The translations under genes and the position numbers were made by a program. Source: a virus (taxonomy: Duplodnaviria > Caudoviricetes). From it: a stretch of DNA of 38,991 nucleotides. This document shows, piece by piece, positions 1 to 6,871 of the stretch (the first letter of the stretch is position 1; each line of letters begins with the position of its first letter). The stretch is taken from the IMG/VR virus record IMGVR_UViG_3300005512_000103, positions 1-38,991 of that record. One strand, written 5' to 3'. A model generated the notes under the pieces. The model made no database searches. It was not told where the DNA came from and worked only from the letters and a program-made list of their open reading frames with translations.

Positions 1-581
1 GGGGGTTGACCCCGAAGCCATGCGGCGGGGGGCCCACCCCCCCGTCCTTCCCGGGGGGCGGGGGGTCCCCCCGCCGGCAATGCACCAGCACGTACAAAAT
101 CGAGCCAATCCGAAAGAAGGTTCGCGAACTCCTCGGCGTCGGCAAGGGCCAGCGCGTCCCGAGCGGCGTGCGCGTCGAGACATGGCACGGCATTTCCCTA
201 GACGAAATGGAGCGCGTCAAGGAGTCGCCGATGGCGTGGGAGACGACGCGCTACCCGCTGATCGAGCGCCGCATAACGAGAGATCATTGCGCCGCTTGGT
301 TCGGCGCCCGATACCCTGGGCGCGCCCTGACCAAAAGCGCCTGTATCGGCTGCCCTTACCACAATAACGCCGCTTGGCGGTCGCTTAGGGACGGGGCGCC
401 CGACGAATGGGCCGACGCCGTCGACTTCGACCGCCGCATTCGAGAGCGCACATATCGAAGCCTGAAGGCGACGCCCTACCTGCACCGCGACTTGCTACCG
501 CTGGACCAAGTCGACCTGTCAGAAGGCGATGTTAGGCAGATCTCGTTCCTGGACGAGTGCGACGGGATGTGCGGCGTATGA
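1..581 (+). CDS. PAPS-reductase/adenine nucleotide alpha-hydrolase family phage protein (5' partial)
   Basis: Motifs RQCTxxYKIxPI, GISxDE, YPLIE, KSACxGCPY and C-terminal ECDGMCGV typical of this phage family; first ~75 nt look unreliable. Confidence 0.75.
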   Translation, partial: GLTPKPCGGGPTPPSFPGGGGSPRRQCTSTYKIEPIRKKVRELLGVGKGQRVPSGVRVETWHGISLDEMERVKESPMAWETTRYPLIERRITRDHCAAWFGARYPGRALTKSACIGCPYHNNAAWRSLRDGAPDEWADAVDFDRRIRERTYRSLKATPYLHRDLLPLDQVDLSEGDVRQISFLDECDGMCGV

Positions 582-862
582 CCCGCGTATCTCCCGCCGT
601 GTCGGGCGCCGGAGCGGGCGGGGTGCGCGTGCAGTGCGTGCCGCCGCGTGGGGTGCAGCCGCGCATGAAGGTGCGCCACCACCCCGGAGACATCATGCTC
701 TTGACGCGCATTTCGAACCAGATCGCGCGCCTGTTTGTCGACTTCGTGGCTGGCCGCGAGCAGCCGGACCGGGAGTTCGTCTGTCTCGGCCCGATGGAAC
801 CGCTTGGCCCCGAGTTCGAGGCCGTCTGGGCGAACAACGCCGAAGAACTCTACGAGGAGTAA
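578..862 (+). CDS. hypothetical protein
   Basis: ATGA overlap with upstream stop; starts MTRV. Confidence 0.5.
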   Translation: MTRVSPAVSGAGAGGVRVQCVPPRGVQPRMKVRHHPGDIMLLTRISNQIARLFVDFVAGREQPDREFVCLGPMEPLGPEFEAVWANNAEELYEE

Positions 863-865
863 GGC

Positions 866-1039
866 ATGGAACTATTCAAAGACCTGTTTGACCAGATCAT
901 GTTCCCGCTCTTGCTGATCGGGGCGTCCGGCTTGATCGGGTTTGGCCTCAGCATCGGCTGGTATACCGGCGAGGACACAAAGGACGCCATCGACGACTGG
1001 CGGGCGAGGCGTGCGAGCGCCAAGAGGGCCGGACGATGA
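866..1039 (+). CDS. small membrane protein (57 aa, MELFKDLFDQIMFPLLLIGASGLIGFGLSIGW...)
   Basis: GAGGAG RBS, one hydrophobic segment; below ORF-track cutoff, translated by hand. Confidence 0.55.
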   Translation: MELFKDLFDQIMFPLLLIGASGLIGFGLSIGWYTGEDTKDAIDDWRARRASAKRAGR

Positions 1040-1190
1040 CGCGCGTGATCTCATGGCGGGTCTTCGCTTCGGGGCCGCAACGGCTGCTGTGGTTTTGGAG
1101 CCCCCCGGCCAAGCTGGGGCCACGGCGGTTGTTTTATGGCGGGTACAAGAGCCGCTGCCGGGCGCTGGGGCCTCGACGGAGGGCCGAACG

Positions 1191-1367
1191 ATGACGCGCG
1201 TCTTGGCCCGCGCATGGAACGCGACAATCCGAGCGGTCACGGGGCGCAACCTACTGCTGCCGGAAGAACAGGCCGCAGAGCGAGCGAAGGCGCGGGAAAT
1301 CGCCCTGGCAATGCGCCGCCGCGCCCGGCGTGCCGGGGTCGAGACAGTGGAGGTAGACGATGCCTAA
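1191..1367 (+). CDS. hypothetical protein (MTRVLARAW...)
   Basis: GGAGGG RBS, overlaps next start. Confidence 0.5.
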   Translation: MTRVLARAWNATIRAVTGRNLLLPEEQAAERAKAREIALAMRRRARRAGVETVEVDDA

Positions 1368-1680
1368 GTCCCCAACCGTCGCGGCGGCGTTGGACGCCGT
1401 GCGCGGCGCCGTTGACCAAGAGCGCGGAGATTGGGAGCGCATCCACGGTAACTTGCTGGCCGACGTGGACCGGCTGCGGGCCGAGAACGAGCGGCTGCGG
1501 GGGCACATAGGGGCGGCCCTGAGATGGATCGACGACGACGACCACTCCTGGACCACGCGGCTGATCGAGTCCAAGCGCGAACTAACCGCCGCGCTCTCCC
1601 CCACCGGGGCGGCAGTCGAGGTGGATGCGGCTGGATCAGGCGCGCAGATTGACCCAAGCTTTGGCGGAAAAGATCCATAA
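1360..1680 (+). CDS. hypothetical coiled-coil protein
   Basis: GGAGG RBS; LLADVDRLRAENERLR coiled-coil motif common in phage accessory (Ead/Ea22-like) proteins. Confidence 0.55.
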   Translation: MPKSPTVAAALDAVRGAVDQERGDWERIHGNLLADVDRLRAENERLRGHIGAALRWIDDDDHSWTTRLIESKRELTAALSPTGAAVEVDAAGSGAQIDPSFGGKDP

Positions 1681-1741
1681 TATGGATCATTCCCGTAAAG
1701 GCCGTGAGATATCAGTAATTTATTCCACGAGGGGGCGCGGC

Positions 1742-1927
1742 TCAGTCGCGGGATAGCTGACGGCGGCGGGCTTTGATGTGGCGCTCTAGGCCGTCCTCGA
1801 CTTGGGACGTGAACGTCTCGCCCGGTGCCCGCACTTCCTTTGCCGCGTCAACAAGGTGCTCGGCAATAAGAAGGCGCTTGATGTAGTGCGGCTTTTTGGG
1901 CCTGCCGACATTCTTTTTAGGGGCCAT
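1742..1927 (-). CDS. small DNA-binding protein, ribbon-helix-helix-like
   Basis: 61 aa, basic GRPKK N-terminus, strand-helix-helix pattern; divergent from the promoter at 1936. Confidence 0.55.
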   Translation of the reverse strand: MAPKKNVGRPKKPHYIKRLLIAEHLVDAAKEVRAPGETFTSQVEDGLERHIKARRRQLSRD

Positions 1928-1935
1928 AAAATCTC

Positions 1936-1964
1936 TTGACGTTGGTTTGTCCCGGCGCTATTCT
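1936..1964 (+). promoter_or_regulatory. sigma70-type promoter for accessory operon
   Basis: TTGACG-17 bp-TATTCT upstream of 2005 start. Confidence 0.7.
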
Positions 1965-2004
1965 ATGTACCATCAAATGAGGATCGGGGCAAGGGAGAAA
2001 GACG

Positions 2005-2286
2005 ATGACGACCGCACAACCGAAGCACGGCGCGCTTCGCGTCTGGCACATCCCGCAAGTTCCGATGAGGTCGTTTGATGTCGATGTCGGCAGCGTCGCC
2101 GAGGGCGTGCTCTTGCTGAAGGCGCTCGCCGCCTACGACGCATTCCAGTTCGAGCACAACATCAAGCCGGACTACTGCAACGCGCAGGGCTTGTTGATGT
2201 ACGACGGCGATGAGGGCGAATGGTTCGACTGGTACGACGAGGCCACCGGTGAAGATGACCCGGCAGCATTCGTCGCCGCCGCCTGA
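2005..2286 (+). CDS. P22 gene 17-like protein (counter-exclusion protein)
   Basis: LRVWHIPQVPM..F.V.V.SV.EGV....ALA.YDAFQ...NIKPDYCNA.GL...DWY...DDP matches the P22 gp17 family as I recall it. Confidence 0.8.
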   Translation: MTTAQPKHGALRVWHIPQVPMRSFDVDVGSVAEGVLLLKALAAYDAFQFEHNIKPDYCNAQGLLMYDGDEGEWFDWYDEATGEDDPAAFVAAA

Positions 2287-2321
2287 CCCCGCCCGCTCTG
2301 GGATACGGAAGGAGAAAGACG

Positions 2322-2567
2322 ATGAGCAAACTCGCACACAGCCACCAGCCGACCATGGACAAGATCGACGCCCGGCGCGCCCTGCAGGACGACCTCGACG
2401 AAGAGGCCACGGCCTTCGCGATGGAACTGCTCATGCCCGCCGAATGGATACGGCGCGACGCCGCCAGGATCGACGTCGATGACCAGAAGGCGATCAAGAA
2501 ACTGGCCCAGAAGTATCAGGTTTCGCCGTCGGTGATGGCGCTCAGGATAGGCCAACTCGCCGCCTGA
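2322..2567 (+). CDS. ImmA/IrrE (peptidase M78)-like C-terminal fragment
   Basis: EATAFAMELLMP...LAQKYQVS..VMALRI is the IrrE/ImmA C-terminal signature; no HEXXH. Confidence 0.65.
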   Translation: MSKLAHSHQPTMDKIDARRALQDDLDEEATAFAMELLMPAEWIRRDAARIDVDDQKAIKKLAQKYQVSPSVMALRIGQLAA

Positions 2568-2575
2568 CCCTCACC

Positions 2576-2599
2576 CTGCCCCGGCTCCGGTCGGGGCGG
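2576..2599 (+). other. GC-rich intergenic hairpin (no U-tract)
   Basis: ctgccccggc-tccg-gtcggggcgg. Confidence 0.4.
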
Positions 2600-2628
2600 A
2601 AGTGAAGGCCAGACAGATGGAGGACCAC

Positions 2629-2883
2629 ATGGACCTGACGACGCTGACCGAGGCCGAGTTCATGGAGCACGCCGAGAGGGCTGTCCGAGAAGCGTTCTTG
2701 GCGCAGAACTTCCCGAGCATTGACGCGGAGTGCCACGGTCGCGCGATGGCCCACTCTGCCGAGGCCGACCGGCGCGGCAAGCCGTGGCTCTATGCCCGTG
2801 CATGGAACCGCGCCTGCGTTGCCTCCGGGGGCACGCTGAGCGAAGCCGACCGCGCGATGGCTCGGACACCTGCCGCCGCCTGA
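2629..2883 (+). CDS. hypothetical protein
   Basis: GGAGG RBS before ATG 2629. Confidence 0.6.
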   Translation: MDLTTLTEAEFMEHAERAVREAFLAQNFPSIDAECHGRAMAHSAEADRRGKPWLYARAWNRACVASGGTLSEADRAMARTPAAA

Positions 2884-2901
2884 CAGCAAGGGAGACGAAA
2901 C

Positions 2902-3117
2902 ATGGACGACCCCACCACCCACGAACTTCGCGGGCGCTGCCGAGCAGTCGGCGTGGCCTCCGCGTATTTCACTGAGGAACAGCGTGCGCGATGGGGGCTG
3001 GACGACGAGTCGAGGATGCTGATCGTTCAGGTTGACGACGGCGACCCCGTGAACATTCCCGTCGGGTTGGTCTGGGCTGATCGCGTCCTCATGACAATCC
3101 GCGAAGATCCCGACTGA
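2902..3117 (+). CDS. hypothetical protein
   Basis: AAGGGAG RBS. Confidence 0.6.
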   Translation: MDDPTTHELRGRCRAVGVASAYFTEEQRARWGLDDESRMLIVQVDDGDPVNIPVGLVWADRVLMTIREDPD

Positions 3118-3126
3118 AGCAAGGGG

Positions 3127-3277
3127 CAGCTTGGCGGTGCGGCGGCAACGGATGCAGACGTGCAGCGCCGTCGCCGGTGTCGGGCACCCGGTTCTTAACC
3201 GGGACGCGCCAGGAGCAACACGGGGCAACGCCTCGTGCCGCATGCCGGAGTAGCGACCGGCCCGCACCGCCAAGCTG
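3127..3277 (+). ncRNA. tRNA-like structured RNA cassette, copy 1
   Basis: Perfect 16-bp terminal inverted repeat cagcttggcggtgcgg/ccgcaccgccaagctg; hairpin gccgg-agtagcga-ccggc abutting 3' strand; three internal hairpins; intergenic. Confidence 0.7.
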
Positions 3278-3297
3278 ATCGAGAGGAGAGAGACGAA

Positions 3298-3489
3298 ATG
3301 GCCGATATCACGCTGCAAGAATGGATGCGCCAGGAGCAAGAAATGCTCGCCAACTTCGAGCGGTACTGGCGCGACGAGATGGCCGCGCTCCCGGATGAGT
3401 TCCCGGCGGAACTGCCGGCCGGGGACTGGGATGAGCAGTTCCAGGCTTGGTCGGAGATGGACCGCAGCGCCCGGGGATCGAACGACTGA
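3298..3489 (+). CDS. small acidic protein (63 aa)
   Basis: GAGGAG RBS; 16 D/E vs 5 R; lies between the two RNA cassettes. Confidence 0.7.
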   Translation: MADITLQEWMRQEQEMLANFERYWRDEMAALPDEFPAELPAGDWDEQFQAWSEMDRSARGSND

Positions 3490-3499
3490 AAGAAAGGGA

Positions 3500-3656
3500 C
3501 AGCTTGGCGGTGCGGCGGCGTGCCATTCGAGGGGGAGGGCGGTTCGCGACCGTAGGCCCCCCACGCCGAAGGGGCAGGATGCCGACCGGGGAGTACCCGG
3601 TTCGTGGTTCGAGTCCGCGTCAGCCGGAGTAGCGACCGGCCCGCACCGCCAAGCTG
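3500..3656 (+). ncRNA. tRNA-like structured RNA cassette, copy 2
   Basis: Same 16-bp inverted repeat and 3' hairpin as copy 1, different interior including cgtgg-ttcgagt-ccgcg T-arm. Confidence 0.7.
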
Positions 3657-3678
3657 ATCGAGAAAGAGGAGAGGCACG

Positions 3679-3951
3679 ATGCGACTGACCGAACAGCGCC
3701 GTGAAATCTTGAGCGTCCTTCGCCGCATGACGGATGAAGCGGAAAGCGGCGACCCGAACGCGCTGCTGCCCGACGCTCGGGAGATCGCGCGCGAGTGCGG
3801 GCGGCGCCACAACGCCTCGGATTGGGCGCACAGCAAGCTTCGGGAGATGTCGCGCTCTGGTCTGTGCGGCGCCGCCGGGCTGACGAAAGTGAAGTCGCGG
3901 AGGTGGCGGATCACCGACGCCGGGCGCGCGGCTCTGAACGCGGAGGAATGA
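3679..3951 (+). CDS. winged-helix-like protein
   Basis: RLTEQRREIL...WRITDAGRAAL wing motif. Confidence 0.6.
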   Translation: MRLTEQRREILSVLRRMTDEAESGDPNALLPDAREIARECGRRHNASDWAHSKLREMSRSGLCGAAGLTKVKSRRWRITDAGRAALNAEE

Positions 3952-4229
3952 CGATGGCAAGGAAGCTGACCAAGGCGCAATCGGATCTGCTGGCGACGCT
4001 ATGCGGCGGCTCGACCCTGAGCGCCGACCGCATGTGCGACCATGCCCTGGTCCGCCTCCGCATCCCGGCAGGCGCGCATTACAAGCCCAATAGCCGCACG
4101 CTCGCGGCGCTGCTTGATCGCGGTTATCTCCAGCGTGGGGAGGAATGCCCGTCTCTGTCGATATTCCGCTGCTACCGATACGAGGTCACCGACGCCGGGC
4201 GCGCCGCCCTGAAGGGAGAAGCACGATGA
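3948..4229 (+). CDS. winged-helix-like protein
   Basis: KLTKAQ..LL, TLAALLDRGYL, YEVTDAGRAAL. Confidence 0.6.
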   Translation: MTMARKLTKAQSDLLATLCGGSTLSADRMCDHALVRLRIPAGAHYKPNSRTLAALLDRGYLQRGEECPSLSIFRCYRYEVTDAGRAALKGEAR

Positions 4230-4353
4230 CGGATCAATACTACGGATGGTTCAGCCCGGTGACACGGTATGTCGGCCCCGGCCCTGTCTGAACGGGAGAG
4301 TGACCATGATCGAACAGCGCCCCTATCCGCCTGACCCCACGGGAGAGTGACCG

Positions 4354-4560
4354 ATGCCCGACGCCGAGAAAATCTACCACGCAGATCATCCCGGATGGGA
4401 CGCGCGTGAATGCCCGCTGCAATCGACGGTCAACCCAGGGTGGGGCGCGGTAGCCACGTCACCCGGATACCGATGCGAATGGACCGGCGGGCACTGCTGC
4501 CCCGGCGAGCACTGCGCGGAGAGGCTGGAAAGCTATCGGGAGAGTAACAATGGCGACTAA
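4354..4560 (+). CDS. small Cys-rich hypothetical protein
   Basis: GGGAGAG RBS; five Cys. Confidence 0.5.
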   Translation: MPDAEKIYHADHPGWDARECPLQSTVNPGWGAVATSPGYRCEWTGGHCCPGEHCAERLESYRESNNGD

Positions 4561-4768
4561 AACGGAAGCCGCGCTGGCGAGGTTCTACGTCGAGGTCATG
4601 GCGCGCTCGAAGGAAGGCGGAGCCCGTCTGTCGGAGGACATTGATGACGCCGCCGAGCGCCACGGGTTGCTGTGCGAGAAGCCCGCGCCATGGAACCCGC
4701 GCGAGGAAGCGATCTTGGCCCCCACCCGCCTCGGCAAGCGCGCCGAGAAGATCGCGAGGGGCGAGTGA
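4550..4768 (+). CDS. hypothetical protein
   Basis: RBS, overlaps neighbours. Confidence 0.5.
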   Translation: MATKTEAALARFYVEVMARSKEGGARLSEDIDDAAERHGLLCEKPAPWNPREEAILAPTRLGKRAEKIARGE

Positions 4769-5094
4769 TGACGACGGGAGCGGCAGCCTGGACGCTGGAG
4801 ATCTACCGGGCCGCGAGACGCAGCACGATCTATGAGGCAGCGAGAATCGCCGTCATCGCCGTCTTCTGTCTGTTTATGGCGGTCGGCATGATTCAGGTGT
4901 TCGGGACGGCGGTCTTTGGCCTTCCGGCGTTGACGGTGGCGATCATGTCTTCCGACGCGCCGCAATGGCTGAAGCAAGCCCACGTTCTCACGGCGTACGG
5001 GTCGTTCATTATCTGCGGCATCCGAGAACGCTTCGACAAGCCGAGCATCCACAAACCGGTGCGACCGCTCCGGCTGCGCGCGGAGGGCTCGTGA
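4768..5094 (+). CDS. membrane protein
   Basis: TGATG coupling; two to three hydrophobic segments. Confidence 0.5.
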   Translation: MTTGAAAWTLEIYRAARRSTIYEAARIAVIAVFCLFMAVGMIQVFGTAVFGLPALTVAIMSSDAPQWLKQAHVLTAYGSFIICGIRERFDKPSIHKPVRPLRLRAEGS

Positions 5095-5264
5095 TGACGA
5101 CGGACGGCTGGTACGTCGAAATCCGGCCCTACGATGAGGGCGAGATCCAACGCATAGGCCCGATTGCAAACAAGCAATCAGCCGAGAAGGTTCAGCGCGG
5201 CGCAAACATCAACCTCAATCACAACCGATACTACACGGTGATTGTCGGACCGGGGGGCTCGTGA
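5094..5264 (+). CDS. hypothetical phage protein (MTTDGWYVEI...NINLNHNRYYT)
   Basis: GGAGGG RBS, TGATG coupling. Confidence 0.55.
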   Translation: MTTDGWYVEIRPYDEGEIQRIGPIANKQSAEKVQRGANINLNHNRYYTVIVGPGGS

Positions 5265-5461
5265 TGTTCAAGGTAGGGGATCGGGTGCGGATACGGCGGG
5301 GAGGCTGGGCCGGACGAACCGCGAAAATCGACAAGCAGTACGACGAAGCCTTTGGGCTCTGGCTGGCTTGGCTTGATCCCCACCAACACGACGAGCCCGA
5401 CGGAAAGACGGTCTGGATGTACCAAGCCGACGAACTCGAACCTGCGGAGGACTCGCGATGA
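5264..5461 (+). CDS. KOW/SH3-like small protein
   Basis: MFKVGDRVRI...G.I....YQADELEP pattern. Confidence 0.6.
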   Translation: MFKVGDRVRIRRGGWAGRTAKIDKQYDEAFGLWLAWLDPHQHDEPDGKTVWMYQADELEPAEDSR

Positions 5462-5661
5462 CAGAGGTGGAGCGTGTGGCAAGGGCGCTGTGCAAGTGCG
5501 ATCTGAACGACCCTGATCAGATGGTGACGCTGCGGCGGGGCCATTTCATCTATGCTCAGCCACTCCCGCAGTGGCACCGGTATGAACGGAAGGCCCAAGC
5601 CGCTATCGCCGCTCTGCGGGAGCCCGGTGATGGCGACGCCGATATGGAGGACTCGCGATGA
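5458..5661 (+). CDS. hypothetical phage protein
   Basis: VERVARALC...W..Y...AQAAIAALREP motif common in alphaproteobacterial phages. Confidence 0.65.
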   Translation: MTEVERVARALCKCDLNDPDQMVTLRRGHFIYAQPLPQWHRYERKAQAAIAALREPGDGDADMEDSR

Positions 5662-5679
5662 AGCCCGGCAGAGACGGCC

Positions 5680-6243
5680 ATGAATGAGCGTATCGACCGA
5701 CGCCGGTTCTTGAGGTTCTTGAAGGGGGCGGCGCTCGCCATCGGGGGGTTCGCCGTCGCCAGGAGCGCGGAAGAGGTCTTCATGCGAACCGTCGTCGATC
5801 CAGCCGTTGACAACCTCGCCTGGATGCGGGAGCGAGCGGCACCCCTGGTGACACCGCCCCTGCCCCTGAGCCGAGCGCCAGAAGCGCACCAGAAGGTGCT
5901 CGCCAAGATAGCCGCCGGGCAAAAGCCGGACGCCGAGGATCTATCCCGAGGGACGATCACCTTCCGGCGCGGCGGCAAACGGTGGGTCGAACACCAAGGC
6001 CGCGAGATCCGCCTCTGGCCGGGATGGGACCAATCCGAAGTCCCGATGGAAGAACAGCCGGACGAGTTCTATGGGGCGTGGGCTGCGAAAGAATTGGACG
6101 TTGCCGAGTTGAATGGAGAGCCAATATACGATAAAGTATCGGCAGAAGTCAAAGGCTTAGACGGCCAGTTCACCCGCCACAACTACGCGCGCCTGCGCCT
6201 GCCGGTCGGCAATATTGCCTACAGCTTTACGAAGGGGTTGTGA
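5680..6243 (+). CDS. protein with twin-arginine-like N-terminus
   Basis: IDRRRFLRFLKGAALAIGGFAVA. Confidence 0.6.
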   Translation: MNERIDRRRFLRFLKGAALAIGGFAVARSAEEVFMRTVVDPAVDNLAWMRERAAPLVTPPLPLSRAPEAHQKVLAKIAAGQKPDAEDLSRGTITFRRGGKRWVEHQGREIRLWPGWDQSEVPMEEQPDEFYGAWAAKELDVAELNGEPIYDKVSAEVKGLDGQFTRHNYARLRLPVGNIAYSFTKGL

Positions 6244-6635
6244 TGGAAGAGTTCAAGACTGCGGACGAAGCTCTGGCGGCACTCAAGGCCAAACTTGACG
6301 CCGAAGAGATCGAGTACAAGATCGAAGATGTGAGGGGTCGCGAAGGAATCATGAAGGCCCTGCGGCTCCGGCTCCCGTTTAACGTGCATCATGTTCTGGT
6401 CTTCGAAGATCGCGGGAGTGTTCGCGCATCGTGGTATCACAGCCCCGTCGGCGGGTCGGGCTCTGGAGATCGGCTACGCACCACCGAACGAGTCACCGAG
6501 GCGACGTTCCCGGCCCTGTACCTGAAAATGCTCGGCATCGAGGCGCGGGCGATCCAGCACGCCATCGAGACGGCGCCGCTCCGGCTCGACATTCGACCCG
6601 CCGTCGCGTTGAGCGCATACCCCGGCGACGCATAG
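6243..6635 (+). CDS. hypothetical protein
   Basis: TGATG coupling, RBS. Confidence 0.55.
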   Translation: MEEFKTADEALAALKAKLDAEEIEYKIEDVRGREGIMKALRLRLPFNVHHVLVFEDRGSVRASWYHSPVGGSGSGDRLRTTERVTEATFPALYLKMLGIEARAIQHAIETAPLRLDIRPAVALSAYPGDA

Positions 6636-6871
6636 GAGAACGACATGATGATGACGGCACTCTTGGTGCTCGCGATGTCGGCGGGGGCCGGGCGGAGCGT
6701 TAGTGCCGTCCCGATGCCGACCATGGAAGCCTGTGTCGCCGCTCAGAGCGCCATAGAGCAAGCGGCAGAGCGTGTCGCGGTCGGAGCCGTGTTCGGCCCT
6801 CTCATCCGTTCAGAGTGCGTGGACCTCAGCCCGTTCCTACAGCCGCCACAATGAACCCCGGCGACGCATAG
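6619..6871. repeat. 17-bp perfect direct repeat accccggcgacgcatag (6619-6635, 6855-6871)
   Basis: Read directly. Confidence 0.9.
6645..6854 (+). CDS. small exported protein with Cys pair
   Basis: AGGAG RBS, hydrophobic N-terminus, TMEACVAA...ECV; flanked by a 17-bp direct repeat. Confidence 0.6.
   Translation: MMMTALLVLAMSAGAGRSVSAVPMPTMEACVAAQSAIEQAAERVAVGAVFGPLIRSECVDLSPFLQPPQ

Noticed and set aside
1-75. G/C homopolymer-rich start, superficially like a hypervariable region or G-quadruplex
   Set aside because: At the window edge and degrades an otherwise recognisable protein; most simply low-quality terminal sequence; no template repeat or RT seen
3111-3681. CRISPR, TIGR or retron interpretation of the twin repeats
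   Set aside because: Only two units, ~100-nt structured interiors, an ORF between them, and no cas, Tas or RT gene in the window
2542-3960. 472-aa minus-strand ORF and many other long overlapping ORFs (e.g. 12988-14331, 25249-26415, 33461-34429)
   Set aside because: Shadow ORFs of GC-rich DNA opposite well-supported genes or tRNAs; Arg/Pro-rich with no motifs
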